Shown here piece after piece: positions 63,090 through 64,000 of a stretch of DNA of 64,000 nucleotides. Position numbers and translations under genes: made by a program. The stretch spans positions 1-64,000 of the forward strand of contig JBGANF010000028.1 in NCBI GenBank assembly GCA_044222475.1, given 5' to 3'. Under the pieces are notes generated by a model. The model saw nothing but the letters and a program-made list of their open reading frames with translations. It had not been told where the DNA came from and made no database searches. This DNA comes from Polyangiaceae bacterium (GTDB taxonomy: Bacteria; Myxococcota_A; Polyangia; Polyangiales; Polyangiaceae). Every line of letters begins with the position of its first letter. Position 1 is the first letter of the stretch.

Positions 63090-64000
63090 ATGCAAGCTCG
63101 CTCCCTCGCCCCACTCGCGGTCTTGACCTTCGCGTTCGCGTGCGGTGACGCCACGCCGCCGTCGGTCACCCCCACGCCATCCGTCACGCCGTCCGCGTCG
63201 ACCGCACCCGTCGCGTCGGCCACGTCGTCCGCGCCGCCAGCCGCATCGTCCGCTCCGATCAAGCCACCCCCGCCTCCGCCCGCGGCAGAGCTCCAGATCG
63301 CCTCGCTCAAGGCCGCTGCGGACGCGATCAACCAGCACGATTCGAAGAAGTACGTCGCGCTCTTCACGCGAACCGCGATTCACAAAGAAGCCGCCACGCG
63401 AGACCTCACCGGCCGCGACGAAATCGCCCGCCGGATGGAGCTCCTCTTCAACGCGTTTCCCGACTTCAAGTTCTCGTTCGATCGCGTGTGGCAGAAGGGC
63501 GACATCGTCGCGGCCACCTGGCGCTGGACCGGCACCGACCGCGGCCCCGGCTTCATGGGCAAGCGCGCCTCCGGCAAACGCGCCGGGCTCCAGGGATTGA
63601 CCGTCGGCTTCTACAACATCGACGGACTCATCCGCGAAGTGCACGTCTACGAAGACGGGCAGAACGTCCTCGCTCAGCTCGACCCCGCCGCAAAGGCAGG
63701 AAGCTTCCGGGCACCGCCGGCGGACTCCACCGCTGCGATGGAGGTCACTCCCGCCGGTTCCGACGAAGACAAGAACACCGCCGCCGTCCGAGCGTTCTAC
63801 GACTCCCTCGAAGCCAAGAAGGAGGCCGAAACCGCCGCCGCCTTCAGCGACGACGCCACCGTCGACGACTTCGCGCTCCCGCCGAAGCCAGGCAAGGGTC
63901 CCGCCGCGTGGAAGGCGACCCTCAAGTCCTGGACCGGAAACTTCGGCGCCTTCACCGAGCTCCCGCTCTACAACCTGATGGCCGTCGGCGACACCGTCAT
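63090..64000 (+). CDS. Lipoprotein with tandem SnoaL/ester-cyclase (NTF2-like) domains, truncated by the window end
   Basis: Manual translation MQARSLAPLAVLTFAFAC..; AFPD, WTGT..GFMG..ASGK; a second domain begins NTAAVRAFY. Confidence 0.75.
   Translation, partial: MQARSLAPLAVLTFAFACGDATPPSVTPTPSVTPSASTAPVASATSSAPPAASSAPIKPPPPPPAAELQIASLKAAADAINQHDSKKYVALFTRTAIHKEAATRDLTGRDEIARRMELLFNAFPDFKFSFDRVWQKGDIVAATWRWTGTDRGPGFMGKRASGKRAGLQGLTVGFYNIDGLIREVHVYEDGQNVLAQLDPAAKAGSFRAPPADSTAAMEVTPAGSDEDKNTAAVRAFYDSLEAKKEAETAAAFSDDATVDDFALPPKPGKGPAAWKATLKSWTGNFGAFTELPLYNLMAVGDTV

Overview
A very GC-rich (roughly 70% by eye), gene-dense bacterial chromosome segment. Abundant lipoproteins with DAG/DAA linkers, a Ser/Thr kinase, PP2C and sigma54 signalling point to a Myxococcota (Polyangiales-like) genome; this is an inference. 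Housekeeping and metabolic genes: thrS, prmA, rsmE, glgC, metH, feoAB and tRNA-Val(GAC). Accessory loci: an arsR-arsI-aquaporin-arsC arsenic operon, a 4-hydroxybenzoyl-CoA-reductase-like molybdoenzyme operon with MocA and XdhC maturation genes, two-component genes and many lipoproteins. Most notable: (1) the 2Fe-2S subunit of the Hcr-like enzyme is fused to a LeuA/DRE-TIM barrel; (2) an ArsR-methyltransferase (SahR/SamR-type) repressor runs in frame into MetH while an internal RBS is retained; (3) a run of six hairpins directly behind a sigma54-like promoter, a candidate sRNA; (4) a ~200-bp nested-palindrome REPIN/MITE-like element in two full copies plus fragments. No transposase, integrase, rRNA or CRISPR array was seen. 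All product calls come from motif recognition, not database searches.
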